Assembly: GCF_006345805.1 (NCBI RefSeq) | Contig: NC_043002.1 | Location: 61,380,001-61,444,000, forward strand | DNA: 64,000 bases | Direction of reading: 5' to 3' | Origin: Octopus sinensis | Lineage: Eukaryota | In this document: one piece after another, positions 12,072 to 26,388 of the stretch | How the letters are laid out: the number at the start of each line of letters is the position of its first letter | Position numbering within the stretch: the first letter of the stretch is position 1 | Made by a program: the position numbers and the translations under genes | The notes under the pieces: model-generated | What the model was told of the DNA's origin: nothing | What the model saw: the letters and a program-made list of their open reading frames with translations, nothing else | The model's database searches: none

Positions 12072-14360
12072 CTGCTACGTCGCACATTCGGATGCCTCTA
12101 CTACTCTGCTCTCCGACTGCTACTCAACTCAGTTCTCTGACGTCTAGGCTTCTCCCTCCTTTATCTACGTATTGGTCTAGTCTACCTCATCGTCTTGGGG
12201 CGTCCACACAACAAAATAAATAAAAATAACAATTAACCGATTAGCACTTTATTAGGATTAAAAACGGTAATTAATATTACAAACAATTATTATAAATTAT
12301 CATTTTTTGTTATTTTTTGTTTTTTTATTGTCCATCCATCCTATAGCCGCCGTACAAAGGATTAATCCACCAATTCCTATTTGAGGCTTAGTCATTTACA
12401 TATCGTCCCAAAGTTTTGCGCAAGCAAAATGGTATGATTAAAACGATATTCAAATTTTCCCTTTTTCTTCTCCAGTCCTTTATTTATTCATGACTCGGTT
12501 TTATTACCATAAATGATAAATATATTTAGCATATCTATGGCAATACAATACAACACAAAAAGCAGAAACAGACGTTAGATGGGATGCAGTGTAATTGTTC
12601 TGAATTAAATAATAATTGATGTAAGTCAATTGTTGTTCATCGATATTTCACCATTTTCTGTTTTCTTTATACACACATACATGCATACAAACATATATAT
12701 ATGTATATATGAAGAAAGTCTTAAAATGAAGGAGAACAAACGCAAAAACAACACAACAATGCAACGCCGTGGTGCTTGTAAATATTAACAGAGGATCAGG
12801 GAAGGAGAGGCGGTTTGTTTAACATTCTTCAACGCTCTTCTTCGGAATGTCCAATAGAAAGGAATACGGAGGAAGAAAATCGCCAGCGATTCACATATAG
12901 CTGTACATGTGCATTAAATGTAAATCTATTCATACACTAAATATATACATATATATATATTTGTTTATAGACATGGACACACACATACATATACATATGC
13001 GCATCCACACACATACTTAGACGTGTGTGCGGGTATGCGTATGAGGGTTTGTGTATATATGTATGCGTATGTATACATACACGTTCATGTACTTATGCTT
13101 ATGTTAATACAGTAACGTAAGTGTGTATGCATGTATGTGTGTTTTGAGATATGTTTATGGGCATGTGTGTATATGTAAGTATATGTGTGTATGACTATAC
13201 ATATATATGTAAGTGTTGTATGACTATGCATATATATATATATATATATGTAGGTATGTATATGCTTGTATTTGTATATTTATATATGTGTGTGTATGTA
13301 TGTATATGTATGAATATGTATCTATGTGTGTGCCTGCATATATGCTTGTGTACAAGCAAACGCACATGGTTTTTTGCTTAATACCCGCACACACAAAGAA
13401 ACGTACTCATGCACACGTAAACACATACACACAAAAACGCATGCGCGCATTTATACACCCACACAACCTACAAGTTATAGAATTACAAGTTTATAATTGT
13501 TTCATGCACTGAAGATGTAGTCTACCCAAGTTCTTGTGTCACCAAGCCAGCGGATTCTCTGTGGACTGCACCATTTGATGATGGCATCATAATACTTTTC
13601 ATTTGTGTTATCATGTAGTGTTTCTGTGATATACGATGGAGTTTATCAGTCATGTCTGATTAAGTAGGAAAGATCGGTCTCGATGATTACAATTGAGCGT
13701 AGGCTATTGGACGTGTTTACTTGGAACATGTTCTTCTTTTAATAACACACTTTTTGTTACCAAACAGTCCGTTGCTCTGAGCAAATTATCATTTGAAGTC
13801 AACATTGAATAACCAGAAGTAATTCTACATTACATTTCATTTAGGTCACCATGTACCGTTGCTGTGATTACTACCACATATACAATGGAATTTTTTAGTC
13901 ATGCCTGGTTAAGTAGGCACGATTGCTATCAATGATCAAAATTCAGTGTAGGCTCTTGAAGGTGTTTACTGGTGACGATGTCCTTCATATTACTGTCGCA
14001 TCTATATGATTATCAAAATTGAGTGTCGCTTGAAGATCATATAATTATAATTTTCTGGGGAAATGGAACAAAATTTCTATTGTTTAATAACATGTAGGAC
14101 ACCGATTTGATTTGACAACACATACAAAAGAAAAAAATCATAATTGATAAATTATACTGCTCAGGCTAAGGAAAAGTTTACTATAAAAGTAGATTGTGCA
14201 TACGTGCGAAGATGAATAAATGAAACCAAGAGAGGTAACGCATATATATACATATATGTATATATATGTGTGATTGCGTGCATGATGACGAAATATTTTG
14301 ATGTAATTAAAAAAACATTGATGATGTAAGAAGTAACGATAAGTAAAATGTATTTAATTA

Positions 14361-15284
14361 TTATAATTTCGTCTCAATGTAATATACATTGCGTCTATTG
14401 GTTGGGTTGGGTTTTTTGAAGCATATATGCTTCACATTTTGACGGAAACCTTTACTAACGATGAAATACATTATAAAATTAACGCAGTTATTCATCGGAG
14501 CTAGCATCTGCAGTACATAATAAGTGGAATCAATGATGCAATTCATAAATATAATAACAAAGAGATACAAGGAAGCAGGAAACGTTGTCAACAGAAATAC
14601 AACATTTATAGCAAGTACGATATATACTGAGTTCGTATTTCGATTAGCACCGCTACGATGAGAATTATGACCGAGTTTAGGTTGACGGAGTAATTTATAA
14701 ATTAACGTAATGGAGCTTAAAACTAAAAACACTGCAGGTATTAAGCTATAAAAGACCATAGTGAGTACAAAAGGGTAGACCAAATTTAGTGGAAGGAAAA
14801 ATAGTATAAAGTTTTCAAAAATAACAATGATGAAAAGAACGAACATTACAGTATATGGATTACAGGTTTTCGTAGAATAGCGTCGCGAAAATGGGCAATA
14901 GACCGCCACCAAACGTTCAACAGAAATACTGACAGTTATCCAGGATGAATATGTATATAAAATACTAGCAATGGTATTGAAAGTGTTATTTTGATACAAG
15001 GGTGTATTTGTACTCGAAATATCCAAATCATACGATGTCCAAATATTTCTTATTAAAGCCATAAAGATGAGGAATAAATCGACAATAAGAAGGCAGAGAA
15101 GATATGAGTTGATTTTAGACTTCTTCATGGATTTGGTGCAAAATATTACCATGGTGGTCAAGTTACCGATAGTTCCAAAAATTAATAATGTTATTGATCC
15201 ATATCGTACAAAATAAATAGCAGAAACATTTGTTATATTAGATCCCAGGGTACAATTGTTAAATATGCCGCTTTTTATATACAT
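14361..15284 (-). CDS. Class A orphan 7TM GPCR, paralogue B, 307 aa, intronless CDS
   Basis: ATG 15284 (MYIKSGIFNNCT) to stop 14361. Colinear with paralogue A, same length, same TM motifs (GTIGN, SSWITVSISVERLVAVYCP, MNNCVNFIMY). Confidence 0.85.
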   Translation of the reverse strand: MYIKSGIFNNCTLGSNITNVSAIYFVRYGSITLLIFGTIGNLTTMVIFCTKSMKKSKINSYLLCLLIVDLFLIFMALIRNIWTSYDLDISSTNTPLYQNNTFNTIASILYTYSSWITVSISVERLVAVYCPFSRRYSTKTCNPYTVMFVLFIIVIFENFILFFLPLNLVYPFVLTMVFYSLIPAVFLVLSSITLIYKLLRQPKLGHNSHRSGANRNTNSVYIVLAINVVFLLTTFPASLYLFVIIFMNCIIDSTYYVLQMLAPMNNCVNFIMYFIVSKGFRQNVKHICFKKPNPTNRRNVYYIETKL

Positions 15285-15333
15285 TATTACAAATTTTCGG
15301 CAATTCTGGCAATAATAAATAAATTTGACTACG

Positions 15334-15382
<49 letters not shown>

Positions 15383-15422
15383 TGATGATAATGATGATGA
15401 TAATAATAAATAGAAAAAGTGA

Positions 15423-15487
<65 letters not shown>

Positions 15488-15659
15488 TGAAGCAGTACAA
15501 GAAGAAGAACAGCAAGAATGATAATACTAATGATAAGAAAAATAATAATAAGTAGAAGAAAATGAAAAAGAAGACGGAGAAGGGGAAGAAGAAGAAAAGA
15601 AGAAACAACAGAAAAAACAGCAACAATAATAATAATGATAATAATGAATAAAGCAAGTT

Positions 15660-16639
15660 TATGTCGGTTTCACTTGTACTCGGGGCACCTGATACTGTGA
15701 GAAGCAGAAATAAAAATTCGTAATAAAATTTAAGACAACATCAGAGCCTGGCAAAAAGAGAACACATTAGTTTGTAGAACTCCGAGAAAGCATGCTTGAA
15801 AAATTGCTTGAAATTTGACAGTGCCTCCCTAGTCAATTTATGGTGGAGATCTAATAAATATATTACACCGCCAGGAACAGAAACATCTATGCATATATTG
15901 GTACCTGGTGGATGTGCGTGTGTTTATATATATATATATATATATATATAATTATGATATTTTGTTGGAAGGACACAAGGACTAATGTTTTAGATTGCTT
16001 TATCAAGTGTTGGCTATCTTAAATGCATGGCTAGTTGTCATAGCATGTTACACTAAGAATCACAACATGAATAGCTTGATTTCCCAAAACTGCAGTGTGC
16101 GTTGTTCTGAAGTAAAGCATTACGTTTCACGGAGTTCCATTTAGGTCAGCTGTATATGTGAGATTCTAAGACGGGCTTTGGAAAGGTTGGCCTGGCCGTT
16201 TTGTCAGAGTTACAGCATTACTTAAAGGTTACGATTGTGTGTCCCAACATAGTCATGAAAATATATTCCAATTTCTAGTGAAACAATAATTCCAGGAGAA
16301 GATATATATATACATTTCATTTTCAATACTGTTCTCACTGGAGTGCGTGTTCGTTTTTCTTTTGTCTTCTGCAATTCTATATTTGATTTTCTATATAAAT
16401 GAAGATTTTTTCCTCCGTCTGGCCGTTTTTCTCTCCACCAAACTGGACGTTATATTGTGGAACAGTCATTTTAACGAGTTCTTTTCATTTATTTTTCACC
16501 CAACAAGATACACCGGATACTGTACCACCGGATGCTTCTGATCCAGTTGTTGAGTGTCCCATAACAGGAATTGATGCTACATGTGTCAAAATAGTTGTTA
16601 TAATTCATAATAATTCTGGTATATTCCAGCTTCTGTCTT

Positions 16640-16682
<43 letters not shown>

Positions 16683-17100
16683 TGTGTGTGTGTGTAAGAA
16701 GTCTCGAAGATATTGGATAAATCAAACAATGTCCAGCCTGCTGAATGTAATATAAAATGATGGTAACGTTGAAATTAGTGTGTTCGTAGCGACAAAATGA
16801 TGGCAGAGATTAGTGTGTTCGTAGCGACAAAATGATGGCGGAGATTGAAATGGCGATCTAGAAGGCAGTGTTGATTTATATAATTAGTAGTAGCTCGTAC
16901 TATACGATGTCATTAAATGTACACGTTTAGTTATATAACAAATCGATATATAGTTCTGCTTCCGTAAAGCAAACTGTATGCTTTCATTAAGCTGAATTGA
17001 CTTTCCTTAAATGAAGTTTGCTCTGTTGAGGGAATCTATAAATCTGTAATTTAACGATGTAGAAGCATATCCCACCCTACAACGTTAAGACAATACATAT
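15660..17100 (-). promoter_or_regulatory. Conserved upstream block of GPCR B
   Basis: Homologous to 2700-3900. Contains an approximately 300-bp insert (about 16310-16630) and a 35-bp tandem duplication (16774-16846). Confidence 0.5.
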
Positions 17101-17184
17101 TCACACATACACACATATGTATCAATGTGCATCAAGTTATTTGCAAGTATACACAGACACACACACACCACACACACACACACA

Positions 17185-17251
<67 letters not shown>

Positions 17252-18639
17252 GCTTAAATGTTGATATATATTGATAAATTGTGTGTTGTGCATACGTGTG
17301 GTTTATCTAACTATATATCTTTTATACATATATCTATATAAATTTATAAGCTTATAAATTTCAAATGAAACATAGTATAATCAAATTTATTTGACCACTA
17401 GAAATGGTGATGTAACATCACTTGTTTTGTAACTGGATAGATAGATTATTTCTTTTGTTATATGTTAAGGAAGGCAAATTACTTAGATGTTCCCATTAAT
17501 ATAAACGATGTGTAAGTTAATGCTGTTATTTAGCTAGCTCTTCCGCTTAAACTAAATCTATGATTAACGCTAATTCCTCCACTGAACGTGCTAAGAACGC
17601 ATAGACAATATTTAATACACATGCCTTGCGAAATATGGAAAAATTGGTAATAAAATTGATAGAAATTAAAAAGACAGCATTGTAATGAAAGGATTGTGAA
17701 TTTAGTAAGATATAATGTAAGTAGTAGATAATTTCGCTATACGAAAAAAGAAAATGTATTTATATTAGATAAACTAGAAAATAAAAGATACGTAAGATAG
17801 CGAAAAAATATAACAAAGTGAAACTGAAAAATATGGATTGATATCAGTGAGAGTAATAAAAACAATATTAAATTAGAAATTAGAAACTGAAAGATAAAAT
17901 TAGATATTTTAAGAAAAGTATCTTAGAAAGTATGGAAGACAATAGGAATAAAATTAATAGAAATTCATAAGACGGTTTTTAAAAGGATAAGGTAAATTGA
18001 GTAAGATATTAAAAAGTAACACGTAAATGATTTTGTAGATACTAGATAAGGAAAAAAAAATCATGTATTTTTCGTTAATAACCTAGAAGATGAAAGATCA
18101 CAAAGAAAGTAAATAAATGTAGACACAAAGAGAAAGTAACTTAAATTTCATGGAGACAATGTTTGCAGAATATGGAGATTGATATCAAGCAGAAAAACAT
18201 GAACAGCATTTAAATAAGGAGTTCCAATATGTAAGTAAATTGAGAATAGATTATAATGAATTATAATAGAAATATATTTCAGTATTGTAAATGGATATAG
18301 AGTGAAGTATATAAGGTAATTACATGGAAAAAAAAAAACGCTTCTGGTATGCATTCGTGTTAGAAAAAACATAATTATTGTTATAATACTAGTAGACATA
18401 TTAAAAGAATTTATGCATATAAGTGCACTATGTACATAATAAGTATCTATATACGATCAACATTTTAATTATTGTTATATTAAATATAGTTTAATTAAAT
18501 ATATATACACTTAAATATTATTACTATATAGACAGTTAGACATTATCAGGGATGTCAATAATTATAATTAGTGCCACATAATAGAGGAGGCTCTTAGTAA
18601 TAACAGTGTAGCAAAACGGCGGTGCATCATATATATATT

Positions 18640-19740
18640 TACAAGTTGAGCAAAAGTTGTACTTACTCGGCTCTATGTGTATATAAATCCTAAAAACGGA
18701 ACAAGAACGTAACTGACAACAATGAAAACATACGGATAGAAGGACGATACAAAGACGCACAGGAAAACCAGGAGGATGGATGTTTCGGGACGCTGTATTC
18801 TTCAGTCAAGCTTCCAATCATCATTTCATTTTCGAACTGTTACACTTTAGAATGTTCAGAATTTGTAGGCCCCATAAATCTAAGCTAAAGGCATGAAATT
18901 TTGAAAGGAAGTGAGCGAATATATGCGGCAATACCGAACAAATAACTAGAAAGCTGAGAAAAATTTATACGATTACAAATACACACAACAAGAATAACAT
19001 CAGGTGTCTTTCGACTAAAAGTGCAACCTAAGTTAAGCTGGAGTATGAAGCGGACGGCGTTGCCGCAAAAAATATAGATGAATGTCAAGAGAAGGAGAAT
19101 AAGATGTTGTGCGAGCGGCGGTCAAGCCAAGAAGGAAAGATCATGTAGGAGGAGCAGAGAGCGGTAGGGAGATGAAGGATTGAAAAATTAGGAAGGAACG
19201 AGATAGATGGACATGCAGACGAAAAGGCACAAGGGAGATAAGAGTAAAGTAGAGAGGTTAAAGAAACAGAATGCCAAGAAATGTGAGAGAGGGGAGGGAG
19301 AAAAATAAAAGAAACGGAGGAGAAAGTCGTACAGAGTTAGATCTATACTTAAGAGCTGAGTAAAATGTTACGGACGCTGCTATATGTGTATATAAATAAA
19401 AATAAAAAAGGGAAGATCATATCAGACGACACTGAAAACATACGGACAGAAGGAGTATACAAAGACAGTCATTTTCTCCGTTTTTCGGGTTTTTTTCCTT
19501 GATATCGCACATTTTCAATCGCTTTCTCCCAAAGATTTATTGCCCTTCGCTTCGATTTTTGGAGCCTGCCAATTCTGAGCAGTTTCAAGTGTAACAGCCC
19601 GAAACTGTAATGATTATTGGAACGCCACGAATGTTACATCCTGTTTTTCCTGGTCTTCTTTGTATCGTCCTTCTGTCTGTCTGTTGTCATACTCGTCCCT
19701 TACGTTTTTTTTTGTGTAATTTATATATATATGTATATAT
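18640..19740. mobile_element. Probable Penelope-like remnant with inverted terminal segments
   Basis: About 18690-18790 is an inverted copy of about 19620-19720. CTGAAGA...GAAAC core on the minus strand at 18783-18805. Confidence 0.4.
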
Positions 19741-20144
19741 AGAGAGAGAGAGCCAGAGAGAGAGAGACAGAGAGACAGAGACAGAGAAAGATACCTATGT
19801 ATGTATATAAACGTACATTAGTACACAAAATCAAACTCTATATTAATATATATATATGTGTGTGTTTGTGTGTGTATGTGCGCAAATATATATATATATA
19901 TACACATGTGGATGTGTACAGATACACACATATATATATGTATATATATAAACACATTAAATGATTGATATCGAAGACATGCAACTAAGAATTCCGGACG
20001 TAGACCACACGACGACCACACATTTTTTTATGGTGCTCTGTCGGCACACTAGCTTGGGTCTACCTTGAGACATGGTTTTGGTACTGCATTTAACGGCGAT
20101 TTTCTAAACCTTAAAAATTTAAAGCGATTGATTGTGACTTATAC

Positions 20145-20179
<35 letters not shown>

Positions 20180-20193
20180 AGCCGACACCCATC

Positions 20194-20247
<54 letters not shown>

Positions 20248-20639
20248 CAGACACTCACACATGCATACAAACATATAAATATGAAATAGAATGATTAATA
20301 ATAAAAATATAAACACCTATATAACATGCCCGTCGTATGTGACTTTTGTCTTGAAGAAGCTTTCATTGTGTATTCTGTTAAGTAAGGAAAACTTTGTAAA
20401 CAAGCATACTGAGAAAATTCCAATATGTTGAGTTGTGCCTGATGACTGAGCGGAGATGTTAAAATTGTTATAATTCATTATTTGACAACTTCTCGGGATA
20501 AGAAACACTGAGTAGCACACATGTTACGAGTATTGTTTTTATTATGTAATACACATATTTTCACTAGATCAAATACTTTTATGATTGATCTTACCTATAC
20601 AAATATGCGTTTGTGTGTGTGTGTGTGCATTTAGACACT

Positions 20640-20940
20640 CATTTATACACGAATACATTCATATATCACGTGATCACGTGACCGACCAGACCATCAGATG
20701 TTGTTACACATCGCTGGGCACAATGCGTTCGCATTGTTTTAGCCTTCGAATGACGCCACCCCACTGGCTAAGCGAGCAGGCCAACAGAAGAAAGAGTGGT
20801 GAAAGAGTACAGCAGGGATCACCACCCCCTGCCGGAGCCTCGTGGAGCTTTTAGGTGTTTTCGCTCAGTAAACACTCACAACGCCCGGTCTGGGGATTCG
20901 AAACCACGATCCTACGATCGCGAGTCCGCTGCCCTCCACA
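20640..20940 (-). mobile_element. tRNA-derived SINE
   Basis: Minus-strand tRNA-like head with B-box-like GGTTTCGAATCCC; body resembles octopus SINEs. Confidence 0.65.
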
Positions 20941-20968
20941 CATTCATATATATGTATATATAATTACA

Positions 20969-21021
<53 letters not shown>

Positions 21022-21707
21022 CATACACAAACACATATATATCGGTGTGCGTGTGTACATATACATACTTGTACATATGTATGTCTACGTATACACATAT
21101 ACACCCTCATATAAAGTCATATGCATATTCATATATATTTTAACATGAATATACATATATGTGCAGAATTGCTTATGCAAATGTGTATATATAAATACAC
21201 TTTTAATAGAATCAAATGTATAGTCATGAATACATAAGTATAAATATAATAATGTAAACACAACTTACATTAAATTTGCCACCATCAATAAGGACAGTAA
21301 TTAAATGGTATTACATATAGTGCAAATAGATCAGAATAAAAAGTTTGAGTAGCTAAAATTAAGGAGGCATGTGTATCAGGTTTATTGCTATGAATATGTT
21401 TCCTAATTTATTTATATGCAAAAACATTTTAGTATATTAAATACTATAGAAATAATCTACTAAAAATTAATTAACCTGAAAAATATAAATATATGAGATA
21501 ATATTATAATTTTAAAGTTAATTATAGAAAAAAATGACACACTTGTATAGTTAGATTGTAGCGATTTATTTGGTGTTTTTAAGAAGATATAATGATATGC
21601 TTAATTGAATAATTATACACCAATTTAGGCATGTTCATTAGCTGCATCTGTAATATGAGATATTGGTTCTTAATAGGGCATATTGCTTTATTATAATAAT
21701 AATATTA

Positions 21708-21770
<63 letters not shown>

Positions 21771-21775
21771 TATTG

Positions 21776-22640
21776 ATTTGCACAACTTCTAATGCTGGAG
21801 ATGCACTACGGTGGCCAGCTGTTCACTACAAGTGAACTAAGGTAACAACTCTTATTTTTCGAGCACCATCCGGAGTATTCGAGTGGTTCCAAGCAGTGCT
21901 GTTTTCTGCACGTTCTCCACCCTTATTGCAGCCCCTATTTGTTCCATATACTTCTCGAGATTTTTACTGTTCCCAGGGCTCCGACAATTATTGCTATTAC
22001 TACCACCCTTTTCATCGACTACAACTGCTTAACCTCACAAGCTAACTCGTTATATATTTCCACTGTTCTTCCTTTTCGCATATCTTGTTGTCAGGTGGGC
22101 ATATTATATATATATATAAATAAATTCATGGATGGATGTTATTTTTCACAGCGATAGTGCTCTTCTCAGTACATGAGCCGTTCCAGTTCATACGATTTTT
22201 TGCACTTCCTGTTGGGATGGTAAACCTGGAATCATTTTCAAATAGGTTTCAGTATCTTTTTTTTATCATTCCTAGAGATCCTACAATCACTAGTACTGTA
22301 GTCGCCTTGAGATGCCACATTTTTTCAATTTCCATTAGCAGGACTTTATATTTACTAATCTTGTCAAATTCTTTTGCCGCTATATTGTGATCACAGGGAA
22401 TACTCATGTCAATTAATAAACACATTCTTTTTTTGTCTGATCTTTTATAATTATATCCGGTTTATTGGCTTTTATAGTCCTGTCGCTCTGCACGGGAAAG
22501 TCCCATAGAATCGACACATTTTCTCCCTCAGTCATAGCTTCAGGAAGATGTTTATACCATTTGTCAGCGGTTTTGATTTTATAATGCCGACATATTGTCC
22601 AATGTAAATACTGGCCGACTCTGTCATGTCTTGCTTTATT
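21776..22640 (-). mobile_element. R4/Dong-like LINE 3' fragment (RLE domain)
   Basis: NKPDI..D...LIDMSIP...KISKYK and QKTALLGTTRILR. (TAA)n on both sides. 3' end homologous to 36409-36587. Confidence 0.75.
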
Positions 22641-22653
22641 ATTATTATCATCA

Positions 22654-22727
<74 letters not shown>

Positions 22728-22729
22728 TA

Positions 22730-23905
22730 GTTTTGTTTTTATAACGTGCTTTCACTTCACTACCGAGCGCAGCTCTGTGTGCCATGGGTATGTGCTGTGA
22801 TTTGTTGTGATGCTCTGATGGTTACTGTATTGAAAGTGTTCTGCGTAGGATGTGTGCAGTGCTAGTAGTGCAATTTTCTGTATGTTATATGTGATTGTAC
22901 GTCCTGGTGTTTTTGTTATGTATTTGTCTGAATATTTTTTATCATGCCTAATGCACCTACTATGATAGGAATTGTTTTTGTTTTTAGATTCCACATTCTA
23001 GTTACCTCTATTTCCAGTTCCTTGTATTTTGAAAGTTTCTCCATTTCTTTTAGAGCCACGTTGTCATCTGCTGGTATTGATACATCAATTAGAAAGCATT
23101 TTTTTCTTCGTGATCTCTGACAACTATATCTGGTCTGTTGGCCTTAATTTCTCTATCTGTGTGTATTGGCATATCCCAGAGTATGGTTGCTTTCTCGTTT
23201 TCTGTGACCTTTTCTGGTGTGTGCCTATACAATCTTTTTTTCTATTGTTATTCCATAATGTTGGCATAGCTTCCAGCGTATGTAGGTTCCAACTCTGTCG
23301 TGTCTGTGAATATATTCCTTCTTAGCCAGGACTGGGCAGCCAGAAATAATGAGTTATTGTTTCTAGTCCATCTCCACATATTCTGCAGTTACTTGTTATA
23401 TTTCTTTTCATTACATGTTTTTGGTAATTTCAGGTGGGGAGGCTTTGGTCTTGTGCTGTAATTAAAAATCCCTCTGTTTCTGATTTGAGTCCTGAGCTTC
23501 TTAACCATTGCTGGGATTTTTCTTTGTCTATTTCTTTTGCATTTAGTTTAGTCCAGTACTTGCCATGAAGGGGCTTTTCTTGCCATCGTTTTATCCTGGT
23601 CCGTTGCTGTTCTAGTTTTAGTTTTGATTTCATTTGCTTTATAGCTTTTGTTGTGTTTTCTTCTTCTTCTTCTTCTTCTTCTTCTTCTTCTTCTTCTTCT
23701 TCTTCTTCTTCTTCTTCTTCTTCTTCTTCTTCTTCTTCTTCTTCAAATTTGCTTGATTTCTTGTTTGTATTTGTCAGCTTCCTTAAATACTGAGAACAAT
23801 TTTTTATTTTGCTCATGTTTTGCCTTCTATTTGTATCAGTTTTCCTTGCTTCTGAAGTAGGTATTTTTGCAGTCCTATGGTAGTTATTTTATAGTAATTT
23901 TCCAG
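22730..23905 (-). mobile_element. R4/Dong-like LINE 3' fragment (zinc knuckle and RLE)
   Basis: PLHGKYW...WLRSSGLKSETEGFLITAQDQSL, CRICG, RHDRVG, NRPDIVV, LIDVSIPAD. Internal (GAA)n expansion. (TAA)n flanks. Confidence 0.8.
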
Positions 23906-23906
23906 C

Positions 23907-23943
<37 letters not shown>

Positions 23944-24519
23944 TTGTTGTTGTTGTTGTTGTTGTTGTCGTTTTAATTATTATTGATACTACACTCAGCG
24001 AGAAAAGTTAACGCATCTCTTTAAGGAACCCTAGATAAAGCTTCATTTTAGGAGCTAGCATTTTGGCTAAAATTTCAAAGTTAGCAAAAGCATAATTGTG
24101 ATATACGGGATAATCTACTATAAATTAAGGATTAATGATTGCATTTGTGAAAATACGATCGATAAAGCCGTTTTTGTCCTGCTTTTCTTCCGTCAACATG
24201 TACATAATTGCACCTTCCATTATTTGTTGTTTTTGTACTGCTTAAAGACACGTTTCTTTCCTGCCAAGCTTACTGTTTAAACCATGTTTTTGTTCTCCCA
24301 GTCAACAGCCTTATCATTATTGGTACTTTAAACTCTTCGATTGCATATTTGTGTGAATAAAATCGTTTTCCTTTGGAATAGACAAAAATAGCCTATCTTT
24401 ATTTCGTTTGCTGCTGTTTCAAATTAAGTAAATTTGCTGCGGACGAGTTGGCTCCGAGGTTAGCGTTTTAAACTAAATATCACAACATCTTGGGTTGGGT
24501 GGTGTGTGTTGTTCCTGTT

Positions 24520-24726
24520 TAGATTATTTCGTTTCACGGTGCTCGATTTCATTTAGATGTAAATATATAGTCCTGAGACGGTCTGGCGAAATGTTGGCCT
24601 CACAGCTCAGTCAGCGTAACAGCACATTTTAAAGGCTACAATGGTGTACACCAAATTAGTCATGCATAGGTATTCCAATTTCACGTGAAACAACAAAATT
24701 CAGGAGAGATAAAGGCTTCTGACACA

Positions 24727-24800
<74 letters not shown>

Positions 24801-24846
24801 ATATATATAGATAGATAGATAGATAGATAGATATGTATATATGTAT

Positions 24847-24891
<45 letters not shown>

Positions 24892-25069
24892 TATATAGAT
24901 AGATAGATATAGATAAATATTTATATGTAGGTATATATATAATATATATATATATATCTGTGTGTATGAGTGTAACTTATTTGGAGGTATCGTTTTCACT
25001 TAAGTCCATTCAGATTCATGAAGAATTCTCGAAGATGGATCTCTTAAAATGGATTCGGTGTGGTGAATG

Positions 25070-25070
<1 letters not shown>
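24520..25070 (-). other. Orphan copy of the GPCR upstream block with no adjacent CDS
   Basis: gtttcacggt...ctgagacggtctggcgaaatgttggcc...tattccaatttcacgtgaaac and cattcagattcatgaagaattctcgaagatggat match the blocks upstream of A, B and C. Confidence 0.65.
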
Positions 25071-25123
<53 letters not shown>

Positions 25124-25133
25124 TATATATATA

Positions 25134-25650
25134 TCCCTAAAACTATGACAGCTGCAGGAAATTTTGTTTGCATAAGATTTGGAATTTCCGAAGTGTCTGC
25201 GCATAAACATCTGTCATTTCTTCTGTTAATCTTTCGATCTTGGTCGAAGTTTTTCTCATTGGAGAAAAACCAAATCACATCTTCTGCTGGAATTGTTAGA
25301 TTGTTTAAGAGCGTTTTAGATTTGATGTAGTGATTTTCTTTTGCTGTTTCTAACAGATTGATATTTCCTCATCATAAAATAATTTATATCCGAAGTCTTT
25401 GTCGACAAGACTTCTGACTGTTCCTTCTGACATATGGAGATCATCTGCAATTAATCTCGCGGACTTTCTGTCATCAATGGTCTGTTGAAGTTGCTGGATA
25501 GATACATGTGTTCTGATTATTTTACGGCATTTAGTATGCTTCTCATACTTTGATACTGGTGATACGTTTCCATCTTCAGTCTCTAGCTCCTTACAATTTT
25601 GTAGACAGAAGTCCTGGCAACTTTTAAAATCGAGAGTTTTCCCAATTGCT
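25134..25650 (-). mobile_element. Tc1/mariner (maT, DD37D-like) transposase remnant
   Basis: WFFSNEKNFDQDRKINRRNDRCLCAD..MQTKFPAAVIVLG; homologous to 43.9 kb. Confidence 0.7.
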
Positions 25651-25840
25651 ATGCTCTGCCTTTATAGCCACTATAACCGTATGTCTCTTTATTTCTTGAG
25701 TAAGCTGAGGGTATGTCATTATTATTATTATTTCCTGAAACAAAGATGATACACAGTGAGCAAAAAATGCAGCAATGACCCAAACAATGTATGTCCTCAA
25801 CTAACTTACGCACCCTGTAAACAAACACACATATATATGT

Positions 25841-25900
<60 letters not shown>

Positions 25901-26020
25901 TTCTGTCTGTGTTTGCTTCCCCCACCATTGCCGCTTAGAAACTGATGCTGGAATGTTTACGCCCCCGTAACCTAGTATATATACACAAATACACACATAC
26001 ACACGCACACGCACACACAC

Positions 26021-26108
<88 letters not shown>

Positions 26109-26277
26109 AGAGAGGGAGATTGATTGATAGATAGATAGATACGTACATACTTAGATATATAGATATATGTGATAGGGTGCATATTTATGAAATATTTGGA
26201 AATAGTTTAAAATAATGAAAATTTGAGTGGCGGGTATGAACTAAACATTTTAAATTGTTTTAATTTCGTCTTATCAT

Positions 26278-26328
<51 letters not shown>

Positions 26329-26388
26329 TCATATAGGGTGGCAAAAAATTTTGTAGAATTTTTTTGCCACCAGCGGCCTATATTGTGT

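Larger units (their letters stand above)
6340..12075 (-). mobile_element. Decayed Ty3/Gypsy LTR retrotransposon (gag-PR-RT-RH-IN order), split by a LINE
   Basis: gag 11364-11870, CCHC knuckle remnants and protease QLDTGSDISI (about 8955-9200), RT about 7740-8690, RNase H (DASECGIG, ERNYSQIEKEAL), H2C2 (GHPGIARLKSLMRSYIYWP), integrase (PYHPRSN..AE.FVDTFK). Many frameshifts. No 3' LTR recognised. Confidence 0.9.

Noticed and set aside
23430-23816. Poly-Glu ORF
   Set aside because: (GAA)n expansion inside a decayed Dong-like LINE; short in the 58.7-kb copy.
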